Positions 37,190 to 47,035 of a stretch of 64,000 bases of DNA are shown in pieces. The notes under the pieces were generated by a model, which was not told the origin of the DNA, did no database searches, and was given only the letters and a program-made list of their open reading frames with translations. The stretch's first letter is position 1, and every line of letters starts with the position of its first letter. The translations under genes and the position numbers were made by a program. The DNA comes from Candidatus Omnitrophota bacterium (lineage in GTDB: Bacteria; Omnitrophota; Gorgyraeia; Zapsychrales; Zapsychraceae): positions 260,876 to 324,875 of the forward strand of contig JAJDCB010000030.1 in the NCBI GenBank assembly GCA_029261065.1, read 5' to 3'.

Positions 37190-37579
37190 ATGCCAACTAT
37201 ATTTTCAAAAATCATTAATGGTGAAATTCCTTGTCATAAAATTCTTGAAGATGATAATTATTTATCTTTTTTAGATGTGCGTCCTGTTTGTGATGGTCAT
37301 GCCTTAGTGATTCCAAAAAGAGAAGTAGATTATATTTTTGATATACCAGATGATGAGTTGTCTGGTTTAATGGTGTTTTCAAAAAAAATTGCACACGCTA
37401 TGAAGAAGGCTATTGTTTGTAAAAAAATTGGTGTTATGGTGGCGGGATTAGAAGTAGCACATGCCCATGTGCATTTAATTCCAATAGAAAGTGTATCTGA
37501 TTTAAGTTTTTCAAATGCAAAAGATGTTAGTGTAGAACATTTATCTCAAGTCGTCGAGAAAATTAAAAAAGAGCTCTGA
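37190..37579 (+). CDS. HIT-family (histidine triad) nucleotide hydrolase
   Basis: 'HAHVHLIP' histidine triad, 129 aa. Confidence 0.8.
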   Translation: MPTIFSKIINGEIPCHKILEDDNYLSFLDVRPVCDGHALVIPKREVDYIFDIPDDELSGLMVFSKKIAHAMKKAIVCKKIGVMVAGLEVAHAHVHLIPIESVSDLSFSNAKDVSVEHLSQVVEKIKKEL

Positions 37580-37651
37580 GCAGTATGATCGTTGTGTAAC
37601 AAAATAACATTTATTCTTGTTTTAGATATTTTCCATCGTTAGAATGACAAT

Positions 37652-38044
37652 ATGGCTGAAAAAGAAATCAAAAATATATTAGTTGTTGATGATGATCCTG
37701 TTCAGGTTCGACTTCTTAATGGCGTACTCACAGAAAATGGGTATCAAGTTGATGTCTCTACGGAAGCCGCTGATGGTTTACAGAAGGCTATGAGCAATCA
37801 AATTGATCTTATTATTTTAGATGTGATGATGCCTGTAATTAACGGTTTTAATTTTTGTAAATTGCTTAAATCTGAAGATGATCACAAACATATTCCCATC
37901 ATTCTTGTTACTTCTCGAGATGAAGAAGAGGATATCAAAATTGGGTTAGAAATGGGAGCCAACGCCTATCTCACGAAACCTGTTAATTCCAAAGAGCTTT
38001 TACGGTTGATCGGTGTTGTAGCTTCCATGGAAGATACTCACTGA
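37652..38044 (+). CDS. CheY-like single-domain response regulator
   Basis: 'ILVVDDDPVQ', 'LIILDVMMPVINGF', 'ILVTS' and 'YLTKP' receiver motifs. Confidence 0.75.
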   Translation: MAEKEIKNILVVDDDPVQVRLLNGVLTENGYQVDVSTEAADGLQKAMSNQIDLIILDVMMPVINGFNFCKLLKSEDDHKHIPIILVTSRDEEEDIKIGLEMGANAYLTKPVNSKELLRLIGVVASMEDTH

Positions 38045-38103
38045 TTTTGTTATGGGTGTTAAGTTTGTGGTGGCATTTAGTGGAGATTTAGGAAAACGCA
38101 TAC

Positions 38104-38898
38104 ATGAAATTTTTTGAAGCTATTGGATTTACGATTAAAGGTTGGTTTGCTGTTTTTATTGAGTTTAATCGACTTTGTTTGGAAACGGCTTATTGGATTA
38201 TTCTGGGCCCCTTTAAAGGCAAACCAATCAATAGTCAAGCTGTCTATTCGCAGATGGTTTTTATGGGAGTCCAATCGATTCTCATTGTTTTTTTTGTTAC
38301 CTTTTTTACCGGAGTTGTCCTTGCCATGCAATCGGCCCACCAGCTTAAACAAATGGGGGGTACGATTTATGTCGCTAGTTTAGTTACGATTTCCATATGT
38401 CGAGAGTTAGGGCCTGTTCTTACAGCGTTAGTTATAGCAGGGCGCATAGGAGCTGCCATTACAGCTGAGATTGGTTCAATGAAAGTTAATGAACAAATTG
38501 AAGCGCTCGATACGATGGCTATCAGTCCCGTCCGTTATCTTGTTGTCCCCAAATTATTATCTTTGTTTTGGATGTTGCCGTGTCTAACCGTTATTGGCGA
38601 TGTTGCAGGATTTGCTGGTGGTTATGTGATAGGAGTTTATAATCTTCACATTAATCGCGGTTTATATATTCAAACAGCCTTCAAATTTCTTACCTTAAAA
38701 GACATTTATACGGGATTATCAAAGCCTTTTGTTTTTGCGATTATTATTACAATGGTAGGTGCATATCAAGGTTTAAAGACAAAAGGGGGCGCCGTTGGGG
38801 TAGGACATGCTACTACGGTAAGTGTTGTGACAAGTTTTATATTGATTATATTAGCGGATGCGGTTGTTACAGGCGCATTTTATTTTGTGGGGTATTAA
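38104..38898 (+). CDS. mlaE: MlaE-type ABC transporter permease (phospholipid transport)
   Basis: Strong match to the MlaE/YrbE family ('LVTISICRELGPVLTALVIAGRIGAAITAEIGSMKVNEQIEALDTMAISP'). Confidence 0.8.
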   Translation: MKFFEAIGFTIKGWFAVFIEFNRLCLETAYWIILGPFKGKPINSQAVYSQMVFMGVQSILIVFFVTFFTGVVLAMQSAHQLKQMGGTIYVASLVTISICRELGPVLTALVIAGRIGAAITAEIGSMKVNEQIEALDTMAISPVRYLVVPKLLSLFWMLPCLTVIGDVAGFAGGYVIGVYNLHINRGLYIQTAFKFLTLKDIYTGLSKPFVFAIIITMVGAYQGLKTKGGAVGVGHATTVSVVTSFILIILADAVVTGAFYFVGY

Positions 38899-39677
38899 TG
38901 ATGGGTAGTGATAGAACAGACAAAAAAATTGCTGTAACAGTTAAAAACATTAAAAAAACTTTTGGAGGACGAACCGTCTTAGATGATGTGTCTCTTGATG
39001 TTTATAAGGGAGAGACTTTCGTAATTATGGGTGGCTCTGGAAGTGGTAAAAGTACATTATTGCGAATTATGACAGGTGGTATTAAGCCTAACAGCGGTGA
39101 TGTTTATTTTGGAGATAATGAATTGTGTGCGCTATCTGGAATTGAACTAGAAAAAATAAAAAGACGTTTTGGAATGAGCTTTCAGTCTGCTGCTTTACTC
39201 GATTTTTTGACAGTAGAAGAAAATGTAAGTTTGCCTTTAAAAGAACATACTAATTTAGCACCAAAAATCATTAGTATCATTGCAAAAATGAAATTAAATC
39301 TCGTTGGTCTTCAAGGATTTGAAAATTATTATCCGAGTATGCTTTCAGGTGGGATGAAAAAAAGAGCCGGATTAGCGCGTTCTATCGCCATGGATCCAGA
39401 AGTTGTTTTTTATGATGAACCAACCGCAGGGCTTGATCCTGTTGCCTGCAGTGTGATTGATCAATTGATTTTGGATTTAACAAAGAAATTAAATCTCACA
39501 TCTATTGTTGTTACCCATAATATGGAAAGTATTTTTAGAATAGCAGATCGTGTTGCCATGGTTTATAAGGGGAAGTTATTGGAGGTGGCGACACCTCAAG
39601 AGATTAAAAAATCAACGAATCCGATTGTTCATCAATTTATAAATGGTGAGATCCAAGGTCCTATTGATCTTGGTTAA
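38898..39677 (+). CDS. mlaF: MlaF-type ABC transporter ATP-binding protein
   Basis: Walker A 'GGSGSGKST', signature 'LSGGMKKRAGLAR', Walker B 'VVFYDEPT'. TAATG overlap with mlaE. Confidence 0.8.
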   Translation: MMGSDRTDKKIAVTVKNIKKTFGGRTVLDDVSLDVYKGETFVIMGGSGSGKSTLLRIMTGGIKPNSGDVYFGDNELCALSGIELEKIKRRFGMSFQSAALLDFLTVEENVSLPLKEHTNLAPKIISIIAKMKLNLVGLQGFENYYPSMLSGGMKKRAGLARSIAMDPEVVFYDEPTAGLDPVACSVIDQLILDLTKKLNLTSIVVTHNMESIFRIADRVAMVYKGKLLEVATPQEIKKSTNPIVHQFINGEIQGPIDLG

Positions 39678-39723
39678 TTTTTATTATTGAGAGATAAGAA
39701 TGTCGATAAACAGGGAGTAGAAT

Positions 39724-40452
39724 ATGAAAATAAATAATGAAACGAAATTAGGGGTGTTTGTTGTATTTGTAATTGCATTGTTAACTGTTTTTACAATTAA
39801 GACAGGGGTATTTAATTTTTCTAAAGAAGGCTATATGATCAAAGTTCATTTTAGAAACATTGATGGGATTAATGTCAATACACCGGTACGTCTTAATGGG
39901 TTTGAAGTAGGAGTTGTTAAATCCGTTAACGTTTTAGATGAGATTGAAGAAACCATTATGGAATTAAATGTATGGATCAATGGTACGGTTAAATTACGCA
40001 CAGGTTCAAATGCTTTTGTTAAAAATTTAGGATTTTTGGGAGAGAAATATGTAGCGTTATCATCAGCTGGAAAGGGGAAAGGTTATTTGCCAGAAGGAGC
40101 CATTATTGTAGGTAAAGAGCCCGTCGATATGGATTCGTTGTTACAAGATGGACAAGAAATAGTCACGCAAATTAAAGAGCTTGCAACAAATATCAATGAG
40201 CGTTTGGCTGTTAATAAAGAGAGGATTGATAATATTTTAGCGAATTTTGATGTATCGATGGTGAAGTTAGCTTCGATTACAACGAACGTAGATGAAAGGT
40301 TAGAATTAAATAAAGACCATATTGATAGCACTTTAAAGAATCTAAACTCCTCATCTGTGAATCTTGATCAATTTACGTATGATCTTAAACAAAATCCTTG
40401 GAAGTTAATGTATCGGCCTAAAGAGAAGCGTTTAAAAAACCTTCAAAAATAA
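39724..40452 (+). CDS. mlaD: MlaD-type MCE-domain protein
   Basis: N-terminal TM anchor followed by MCE domain ('VHFRNIDGINVNTPVRLNGFEVGVVKSV'). Confidence 0.7.
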   Translation: MKINNETKLGVFVVFVIALLTVFTIKTGVFNFSKEGYMIKVHFRNIDGINVNTPVRLNGFEVGVVKSVNVLDEIEETIMELNVWINGTVKLRTGSNAFVKNLGFLGEKYVALSSAGKGKGYLPEGAIIVGKEPVDMDSLLQDGQEIVTQIKELATNINERLAVNKERIDNILANFDVSMVKLASITTNVDERLELNKDHIDSTLKNLNSSSVNLDQFTYDLKQNPWKLMYRPKEKRLKNLQK

Positions 40453-40581
40453 ATTTTTATTGCTGAGAGTTTAAAAGTATTTTGAATTGATATTTGTATT
40501 AATTTTTTAACAATTCTTATTTGTTTTAAACTTTTACATGTTAGAATAAATCATCCGTTAATAATTTTACATTTTTTTCTC

Positions 40582-41391
40582 ATGCCCTCAAACTTTATAC
40601 TCAAGCTCAAAAAATCCCTTTCATATAATTCTTCAAAAGTTTATCCCTTAGAAGAATTTGTGCCTGGACGAATCTGGGTTAAATGGATTCCTTTCCGTTT
40701 TTTTGGATTAGAGATTGGGGTGCGTATGACAGTTGTTCGCTTTTCATACGATAATTTATGGATTCATTCTCCAACTTTTTTAGATGCATCCACGCAAGCC
40801 CAATTAAAATCATTGGGGGAGGTTTTCTTTGTCGTTTCTCCCAACAATTTGCATCATTATTTTATGGGAGACTATGCGGATATTTATCCAAAAGCAAGGC
40901 TTTATGCACCTCCTGGATTGGCAGAAAAAAGAAAAGATATTCAGTTTCAATATTTTTTAACCGATAAACCTGAAGATGAATGGATGGATCATATTGATCA
41001 ACATATCATTATGGGGCAACCAAAGTTGCGTGAGGTCGTCTTTTTGCATAAAGAAAGTAAGACGTTAATTCTTGGTGATTTGCTTATGTGTTTTGATCAT
41101 CATGCGGCATCAATGACTCAGTTTGTGACCAAAAAATTTGGTATTTTTGATCGCCCAATTTCTCCTTTAGAACACAAAACATCATCAAGTAATAGAAGTT
41201 TATTTAAACATTCGATTGAACATATTCTTGAATGGGATTTCGATAAAATTATTTTATCACATGGTCGGATTATTACCGAAAATGCTAAAGAAACTTTTAA
41301 AAAATCTTTTGATTGGTTATTTGAAGAAAAGTCAAAGGGTGGAGGCTTGGCGGAGTATTTGAAACAAAGAGATCAAAACACGGAAAATTAA
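40582..41391 (+). CDS. Hypothetical protein, DUF4336-like (metallo-beta-lactamase-fold type)
   Basis: 'RMTVVRFSYDNLWIHSPTFL...FVVSPNNLHHYF' pattern typical of that family; 269 aa. Confidence 0.4.
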   Translation: MPSNFILKLKKSLSYNSSKVYPLEEFVPGRIWVKWIPFRFFGLEIGVRMTVVRFSYDNLWIHSPTFLDASTQAQLKSLGEVFFVVSPNNLHHYFMGDYADIYPKARLYAPPGLAEKRKDIQFQYFLTDKPEDEWMDHIDQHIIMGQPKLREVVFLHKESKTLILGDLLMCFDHHAASMTQFVTKKFGIFDRPISPLEHKTSSSNRSLFKHSIEHILEWDFDKIILSHGRIITENAKETFKKSFDWLFEEKSKGGGLAEYLKQRDQNTEN

Positions 41392-41439
41392 TAAATAAGA
41401 AGTGTTGCCTTTAATGGCAATAGGACAAAGGGGGAGTAG

Positions 41440-41649
41440 ATGGAAAAAGGTACAGTAAAGTGGTTTCATCGGAAAAAAGGATATGGATTTATTGTCCATG
41501 AATCTGGTGAAGATGTCTTTGTGCATCATACCGCTATTGAAGGAACTGGTTTTAAATATCTTAATGATGGTGAAACCGTTGATTACGAATTTGAAAAAGA
41601 TGAAAAAGGTTTAAAAGCAAAAAAAGTTGTAAGGGAAGAGCGTATATAA
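41440..41649 (+). CDS. Cold-shock protein (CspA family)
   Basis: 'GTVKWFHRKKGYGFI' RNP1-like motif, 'VFVHHTAI' RNP2; 69 aa. Confidence 0.9.
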   Translation: MEKGTVKWFHRKKGYGFIVHESGEDVFVHHTAIEGTGFKYLNDGETVDYEFEKDEKGLKAKKVVREERI

Positions 41650-41706
41650 TTTAATAGTTTGTTCCAATGGTAAAGACGGTGTTTGTCTTTAAAAAGAAGA
41701 GAACAA

Positions 41707-42252
41707 ATGGAAAAAATTAGAAACAATCTGTTATTACTACTTGTTGTTGGTCTTTTGACAAGTTTATCAACAGCATCTGCTGATGAGAAAATTGTGAAAG
41801 ATGGTCAGAAGGTCACAATAGAGTATGTTCTTAAAATTGAGGGGCAAGTTCTCGACAGTTCTGAGGCTAATAAACCTTTAGTTTATGAGCATGGTAAAGG
41901 TCAAATTATTGCTGGTTTGGCCGATGCTTTAAGAGGTATGAGAGTCTTAGAAGAAAAGCATCTTGTTATAGAGCCAGATGGAGCTTATGGTCGTGTTTTA
42001 ACAGATGCATTTGTTAAATATTCTAAGTCGGTCTTTCCAGAAGATTTTAAGCCTGAAGTAGGCACTGTTATTGAGATGAAGAATCCTAAAGCTCCCGAAG
42101 AACCAATGGTCTTAGGAATCATTTGGGAAGTTAGTGAGGAAGATGTTGTTGTTAATTTTAATCATCCTCTGGCAGGAAAATCTTTAGAGTTTGATGTCAA
42201 AGTTGTCAACATTGATGATGGTATTTTAAATTCTACTTTTAATGAGGAATGA
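41707..42252 (+). CDS. Periplasmic FKBP-type peptidyl-prolyl cis-trans isomerase
   Basis: Track start 41683 is TTG; ATG at 41707 gives a signal peptide ('MEKIRNNLLLLLVVGLLTSLSTASA'). FKBP core ('VTIEYVLKIEGQVLDSS', 'NFNHPLAGKSLEFDVKVVNI'). Confidence 0.75.
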   Translation: MEKIRNNLLLLLVVGLLTSLSTASADEKIVKDGQKVTIEYVLKIEGQVLDSSEANKPLVYEHGKGQIIAGLADALRGMRVLEEKHLVIEPDGAYGRVLTDAFVKYSKSVFPEDFKPEVGTVIEMKNPKAPEEPMVLGIIWEVSEEDVVVNFNHPLAGKSLEFDVKVVNIDDGILNSTFNEE

Positions 42253-43021
42253 GATTGAGTAACGTTGTAATAAGTAACATCCCCGATAATCCCACCATAA
42301 CGCCCCACGCCGTGAGACTTTTGCCACCTTCATCCAAAGCATCTGGAATCAATTCTGAAACCACTAAATAAATCATGGCACCTCCTGCAAAGCCTAGACC
42401 AACAGGAAGCAAGGGTTCAAACATCCACGCGAGAAGGGCTGAGGGGACGGCCATCAAAGGCTGAGGCACGCTTGTTAATATGGAGATGAAAGCGCACTTG
42501 CGTGTGGATACGCCTTCAGCTTTAAGGGGCAGTGAAATGGCAATGCCTTCAGGAATGTTGTGAACGGCGATCGCAATGGCCATGATTAATCCAAAAGCAA
42601 AATTTCCTGTGGCAAAGGCAACTCCAATGGCGATGCCTTCAGGAATAGAATGGATAAACATAGCAACAAAGATAAGCAGCCCGCGGCGGGTAAAACCTTT
42701 TTTAGCATATGTTTTATAAAAGTTTGTGTTATTAAAATTTTTTTCGGTATAACGAAAAAAGGCAGCTCCTAGTAACAAACCAATAATAACAACATAGGGC
42801 GCGTAGGGAAGTCGAGGACCTAATGCAATACCTTCTTGAACTAATGAAAAAACAGAGGCCGAAATCATCATGCCTGCTGCAATAGCTGAAGAAAACGCGC
42901 GTAAGGTTTTTGAGTTACTTTTGACGAAATGAACAGGAATAGCCCCTAGGCCAGTGGCTAAGGCGCTTAGGACTCCGGTAATGGAGGTCCATAAAATAAG
43001 GGATATAGTAGTCTCGTTCAT
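42239..43021 (-). CDS. ZIP-family divalent metal transporter (ZupT-like)
   Basis: Duplicated 'HSIPEGIAIG' and 'HNIPEGIAI' signature helices, 8 TM. Confidence 0.8.
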   Translation of the reverse strand: MNETTISLILWTSITGVLSALATGLGAIPVHFVKSNSKTLRAFSSAIAAGMMISASVFSLVQEGIALGPRLPYAPYVVIIGLLLGAAFFRYTEKNFNNTNFYKTYAKKGFTRRGLLIFVAMFIHSIPEGIAIGVAFATGNFAFGLIMAIAIAVHNIPEGIAISLPLKAEGVSTRKCAFISILTSVPQPLMAVPSALLAWMFEPLLPVGLGFAGGAMIYLVVSELIPDALDEGGKSLTAWGVMVGLSGMLLITTLLNLIPH

Positions 43022-43127
43022 TAGTAATGATCATAACACAAACTTAGTGAGATCCAAGTGAGAATGCTAAATTCATCTCTTTGATATTTATTTGACAATA
43101 AGGCTTATTTACTTTATCTTGAACACT

Positions 43128-46100
43128 ATGAATTCACTCCCAAAAGGACATCCTATCCATAAAATTCTTGAAAAGCGCATTATGATTATTGATGGCGCGA
43201 TGGGCACTATGATTCAGCGATATAATCTGGATGAAGCCGCTTATAGAGGAAAGTCGTATGCGGACTTCTCTGTTGATGTAAAGGGCAATAATGATCTTCT
43301 ATCGATCACACAACCTCATATTATTGAAGAAATTCATTGTGCCTATTTGGAAGCTGGAGCCGATATCATTGAAACCAATACCTTTAATGCTAATCCTATA
43401 AGCATGGCTGATTACAAGATGGAATCTGAGGTTTATCAGCTCAATTTGTGTTCAGCTCAGGTTGCCAAAAGGGCGGCTGATCGTTATTCTCAAAAAACGC
43501 CAGAGAAGCGACGCTTTGTTGCTGGAGCTCTTGGTCCTACCAATAAAACGGCTTCCATGTCTCAAGACGTTGAAGATCCTGGCCATCGTGCCGTTTCTTT
43601 TGATGACATTGTTGAAGCTTATACCGAACAATTACGTGGTCTTATCGATGGTGGTGTGGATCTCTTAATGATTGAAACCATTTTTGATACGCTTAACGCG
43701 AAAGCAGCCATTTATGCTATTGATACTTATTTAGAGAAGATTGGTCGTGACATTCCAATTATGATTTCCGGAACGATTATTGATCAAAGTGGTCGAACGC
43801 TTTCTGGGCAAACCATGGAGGCTTTTTGGTATTCGGTGAGTCATGCGAAACCTTTAACTGTTGGCCTTAATTGTTCTTTGGGACCAGAAGAAATGAGAAG
43901 TTATGTTGCTGAGTTCTCCAAACTAGCGCCATGTTATATTTGTTGTTATCCAAACGCAGGGCTTCCAAATGAATTTGGTGAATTTGATCAAACACCTGAG
44001 ATTATGGCAAAGCTTGTTAAAGAATTTGCATCAGGTGGGTTTGTCAATATTTTAGGTGGTTGTTGTGGAACAACACCCGATCATATCAAGGCTATTGCTC
44101 AAGCTGTAGAAGGTTTAGAACCTCGAAAAATTCCGCAGGTCGCGATCCAATCTTGTTATAGCGGTTTGGAACCATTTAAAGTTACACCGGAAACAAATTT
44201 TATTAATATTGGGGAGCGTACGAACGTCACGGGTTCTAAGAAATTTTCTCGATTAATCCTAGAAGGAAATCTTGAAGAGGCTCTATCTGTCGCGCGTCAA
44301 CAAGTTGAAGCGGGAGCCCAATTGATTGATGTGAATATGGATGAAGCGATGTTAGATTCTAAAGAGGCGATGGTAACATTTTTGCATTTGATAGCCTCAG
44401 AACCTGATATTGCTCGAGTTCCTATCATGGTCGATTCCTCGAAGTGGGATGTTATTCATGCCGGATTAAAATGTATTCAAGGAAAAGCGGTTGTGAATTC
44501 GATTAGTTTAAAAGAAGGCGAGGAGCCCTTTATTTATCAAGCTAAAGAATTAAAACGTTTGGGTGCGGCCACGGTTGTTATGGCTTTTGATGAAAAAGGG
44601 CAGGCCGACAATTTGCAAAAACGTATCGATATTTGTTTACGTGCCTATAAGATTTTGACAGAGCAAGTGGGTTTCCCTCCGGAAGATATTATCTTTGACC
44701 CAAATATTTTTGCCGTAGCTACAGGTATTGAAGAGCATAATAATTATGCTGTTGATTTTATAGAAGCCACACGCGCGATAAAGAAGAATTGTCCGCATTG
44801 TCGCATTAGTGGGGGGGTAAGTAATGTGTCTTTCTCGTTTCGCGGTAACAATGCGGTGCGAGAGGCGATGCATTCTGCTTTTCTTTATTATGCTATTAAA
44901 GCGGGTATGGATATGGGGATTGTTAATGCCGGTATGATTGCCTTGTATGACGAAATCCCTAAGGAGTTACTTGTTTTAGTTGAGGATGTCATTCTTAATC
45001 GGAAAGATGATGCGACGGATAAACTTATTACATTTGCTGAAGGGTTTAAATCTGATGGAAAGAAACATGTCGAAGATTTGAGTTGGAGGGCGGCATCTGT
45101 AGAAAAACGTTTATCGCATGCTTTGGTCAAAGGTATTGTTGAGTATATCAATGAAGATACGGAAGAAGCGCGTCTGAAGTCTTCTCGTCCATTAGATGTT
45201 ATTGAAGGTCCTTTAATGGATGGGATGAATATTGTCGGAGATTTGTTTGGTTCGGGAAAAATGTTTTTACCTCAGGTTGTTAAAAGTGCTCGTGTTATGA
45301 AAAAGGCCGTGGCACATTTACAACCCTTTATAGAGGAAGCGAAGGCGGAAGGGGAAAGCAAAAATGCTGGTGTGATTATTATGGCGACCGTTAAGGGTGA
45401 TGTTCATGATATTGGGAAAAATATTGTGGGTGTTGTTTTGGGTTGTAATAATTACAAGATTATTGATTTAGGAGTTATGGTTTCATGCGATAAAATTTTA
45501 AAGGCCGCTCGTGATGAGAAGGCTGATATGATTGGATTAAGCGGGTTGATCACCCCTTCTTTGGATGAAATGGTTACGATTGCTAAAGAGATGGAAAGGC
45601 AAAAATTTGAATTGCCTTTACTTATTGGTGGGGCGACGACGTCGATCAATCATACGGCGGTCAAAATCGAACCTCACTATCATGGTCCCACTATTCATAT
45701 TAAAGATGCTTCAAAAAGTGTAGGCGCCTGTTCCTTGTTGATGGATAAGACTAAAAGAGATTCTCTTATCGAGAAGACAAAGCAAGATTACGAGAGCGTT
45801 CGACAGCAACTTTCCAAACGAGAGAACACGGCTGATTATCTGACTATTAAGCAAGCTCGTGATAACGCCTTAAAAACAGATTGGTCAACGCTAAGCATCA
45901 AACAACCATCTTTTTTGGGGAACAAAGTTTTTAAAGATTATGATTTAAATAATATTATTGAACGCATTGACTGGACGCCATTTTTTATTACTTGGGAACT
46001 TAAGGGCAAGTATCCCAAGATTCTTGATGATCCTAAATATGGTGAAGAGGCGACCAAGTTGTTTCATGATGCTCAGGGCATGCTTGGAGAAATCTTGCAG

Positions 46101-46814
46101 CGTAAACTTCTTAAGGCGCATGCTGTTATCGGATTTTATCCAGCAAACAGTGTTGGAGATGATATTGAGGTTTATCATGATGATACGCGAACGAAAGTTC
46201 TAAAAACTTTTCACTCTATTCGCGAACAACTTAAAAAACGAGATCCCAATCAACCCAATTTTGCTTTAGCGGATTTTGTTGCGCCTAAAGATTTTGGTGT
46301 GAAAGATTATATTGGTGGTTTTGCAGTGACGACAGGTGAGGGGTTAGATGAGTTGGTTCGAGAATATGAAGCTGATCATGATGATTATAAAAGTATTATG
46401 GCCAAAGCCTTAGCCGACCGTCTTGCCGAAGCCTTTGCCGAACATTTACATGAATGTGTACGCAAAGATTATTGGGGTTATGTCCCTGATGAAGATTTAA
46501 AAAACGAAGATCTTATCGATTGTAAATACCAAGGCATCCGCCCAGCCCCAGGTTATCCCGCCTGCCCTGATCACACCGAGAAACCAGATTTGTTTGATCT
46601 GCTAGATGTTCAAACAAATACAGGCATAGAACTAACAGAAAACTTCGCCATGCTTCCCGCCTCATCCGTGTGTGGTATCTATTTTTCCCACCCTCAATCT
46701 AGATACTTCTGGATTACGAAAATTAATAAAGATCAGGTTGAAGATTACGCTAAACGAAAAAATGTTGATGTGGCTATTATAGAAAAATGGCTGGGGCCGA
46801 ACTTGGCATATTAA
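43128..46814 (+). CDS. metH: Cobalamin-dependent methionine synthase
   Basis: Four modules: Hcy-binding ('[11 protein letters not shown]'), pterin-binding, B12-binding ('[10 protein letters not shown]...GLSGL') and AdoMet-activation domain. Track start 43092 includes a likely promoter (TTGACA 43092..43097); the homology-supported ATG is 43128. Confidence 0.9.
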   Translation: MNSLPKGHPIHKILEKRIMIIDGAMGTMIQRYNLDEAAYRGKSYADFSVDVKGNNDLLSITQPHIIEEIHCAYLEAGADIIETNTFNANPISMADYKMESEVYQLNLCSAQVAKRAADRYSQKTPEKRRFVAGALGPTNKTASMSQDVEDPGHRAVSFDDIVEAYTEQLRGLIDGGVDLLMIETIFDTLNAKAAIYAIDTYLEKIGRDIPIMISGTIIDQSGRTLSGQTMEAFWYSVSHAKPLTVGLNCSLGPEEMRSYVAEFSKLAPCYICCYPNAGLPNEFGEFDQTPEIMAKLVKEFASGGFVNILGGCCGTTPDHIKAIAQAVEGLEPRKIPQVAIQSCYSGLEPFKVTPETNFINIGERTNVTGSKKFSRLILEGNLEEALSVARQQVEAGAQLIDVNMDEAMLDSKEAMVTFLHLIASEPDIARVPIMVDSSKWDVIHAGLKCIQGKAVVNSISLKEGEEPFIYQAKELKRLGAATVVMAFDEKGQADNLQKRIDICLRAYKILTEQVGFPPEDIIFDPNIFAVATGIEEHNNYAVDFIEATRAIKKNCPHCRISGGVSNVSFSFRGNNAVREAMHSAFLYYAIKAGMDMGIVNAGMIALYDEIPKELLVLVEDVILNRKDDATDKLITFAEGFKSDGKKHVEDLSWRAASVEKRLSHALVKGIVEYINEDTEEARLKSSRPLDVIEGPLMDGMNIVGDLFGSGKMFLPQVVKSARVMKKAVAHLQPFIEEAKAEGESKNAGVIIMATVKGDVHDIGKNIVGVVLGCNNYKIIDLGVMVSCDKILKAARDEKADMIGLSGLITPSLDEMVTIAKEMERQKFELPLLIGGATTSINHTAVKIEPHYHGPTIHIKDASKSVGACSLLMDKTKRDSLIEKTKQDYESVRQQLSKRENTADYLTIKQARDNALKTDWSTLSIKQPSFLGNKVFKDYDLNNIIERIDWTPFFITWELKGKYPKILDDPKYGEEATKLFHDAQGMLGEILQRKLLKAHAVIGFYPANSVGDDIEVYHDDTRTKVLKTFHSIREQLKKRDPNQPNFALADFVAPKDFGVKDYIGGFAVTTGEGLDELVREYEADHDDYKSIMAKALADRLAEAFAEHLHECVRKDYWGYVPDEDLKNEDLIDCKYQGIRPAPGYPACPDHTEKPDLFDLLDVQTNTGIELTENFAMLPASSVCGIYFSHPQSRYFWITKINKDQVEDYAKRKNVDVAIIEKWLGPNLAY

Positions 46815-46893
46815 AATTTAATGAAATTCTCTGTATTCTATTAAAGTAAGATGATAACATAATACTTATTACGTTTGATTAAGTAACGTCAAA

Positions 46894-46935
46894 GTGTCGT
46901 TCCCGCGGAAGCGGGAATGACACTATTATTTTCTT
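46894..46935 (+). terminator. Rho-independent terminator after metH
   Basis: GC-rich stem 'gtgtcgttcccgc-ggaa-gcgggaatgacac' followed by 'tattattttctt'. Confidence 0.6.
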
Positions 46936-47035
46936 TATCAATTTTGTTTTCAAAACAATTATTTAATTTATGCGCCCACAACACTCACTCGAAAAAAGAA
47001 ATTTACTCCCCCAAGATCTTCAACCGATCAATTCT

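Noticed and set aside
41661-41695. Hairpin AAAGAC-ggtgtt-TGTCTTT between csp and the FKBP gene as a terminator
   Set aside because: The stem is only 6 bp and is followed by an A-run rather than a T-run on the + strand. More likely coincidental, or part of the FKBP 5' UTR.
43092-43127. N-terminal 12-codon extension of metH in the ORF track (start 43092)
   Set aside because: The extension begins exactly at a TTGACA -35-like hexamer (43092..43097) with a TATCTT -10-like element 17 nt later. Homology to MetH begins at the ATG at 43128, so the upstream codons are more likely promoter than coding.
46970-47035. 22-codon N-terminal extension of the NuoF-like ORF
   Set aside because: NuoF homology starts at MQDYKAQGG (47036). 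The upstream part overlaps the metH terminator-to-promoter region and is probably non-coding.
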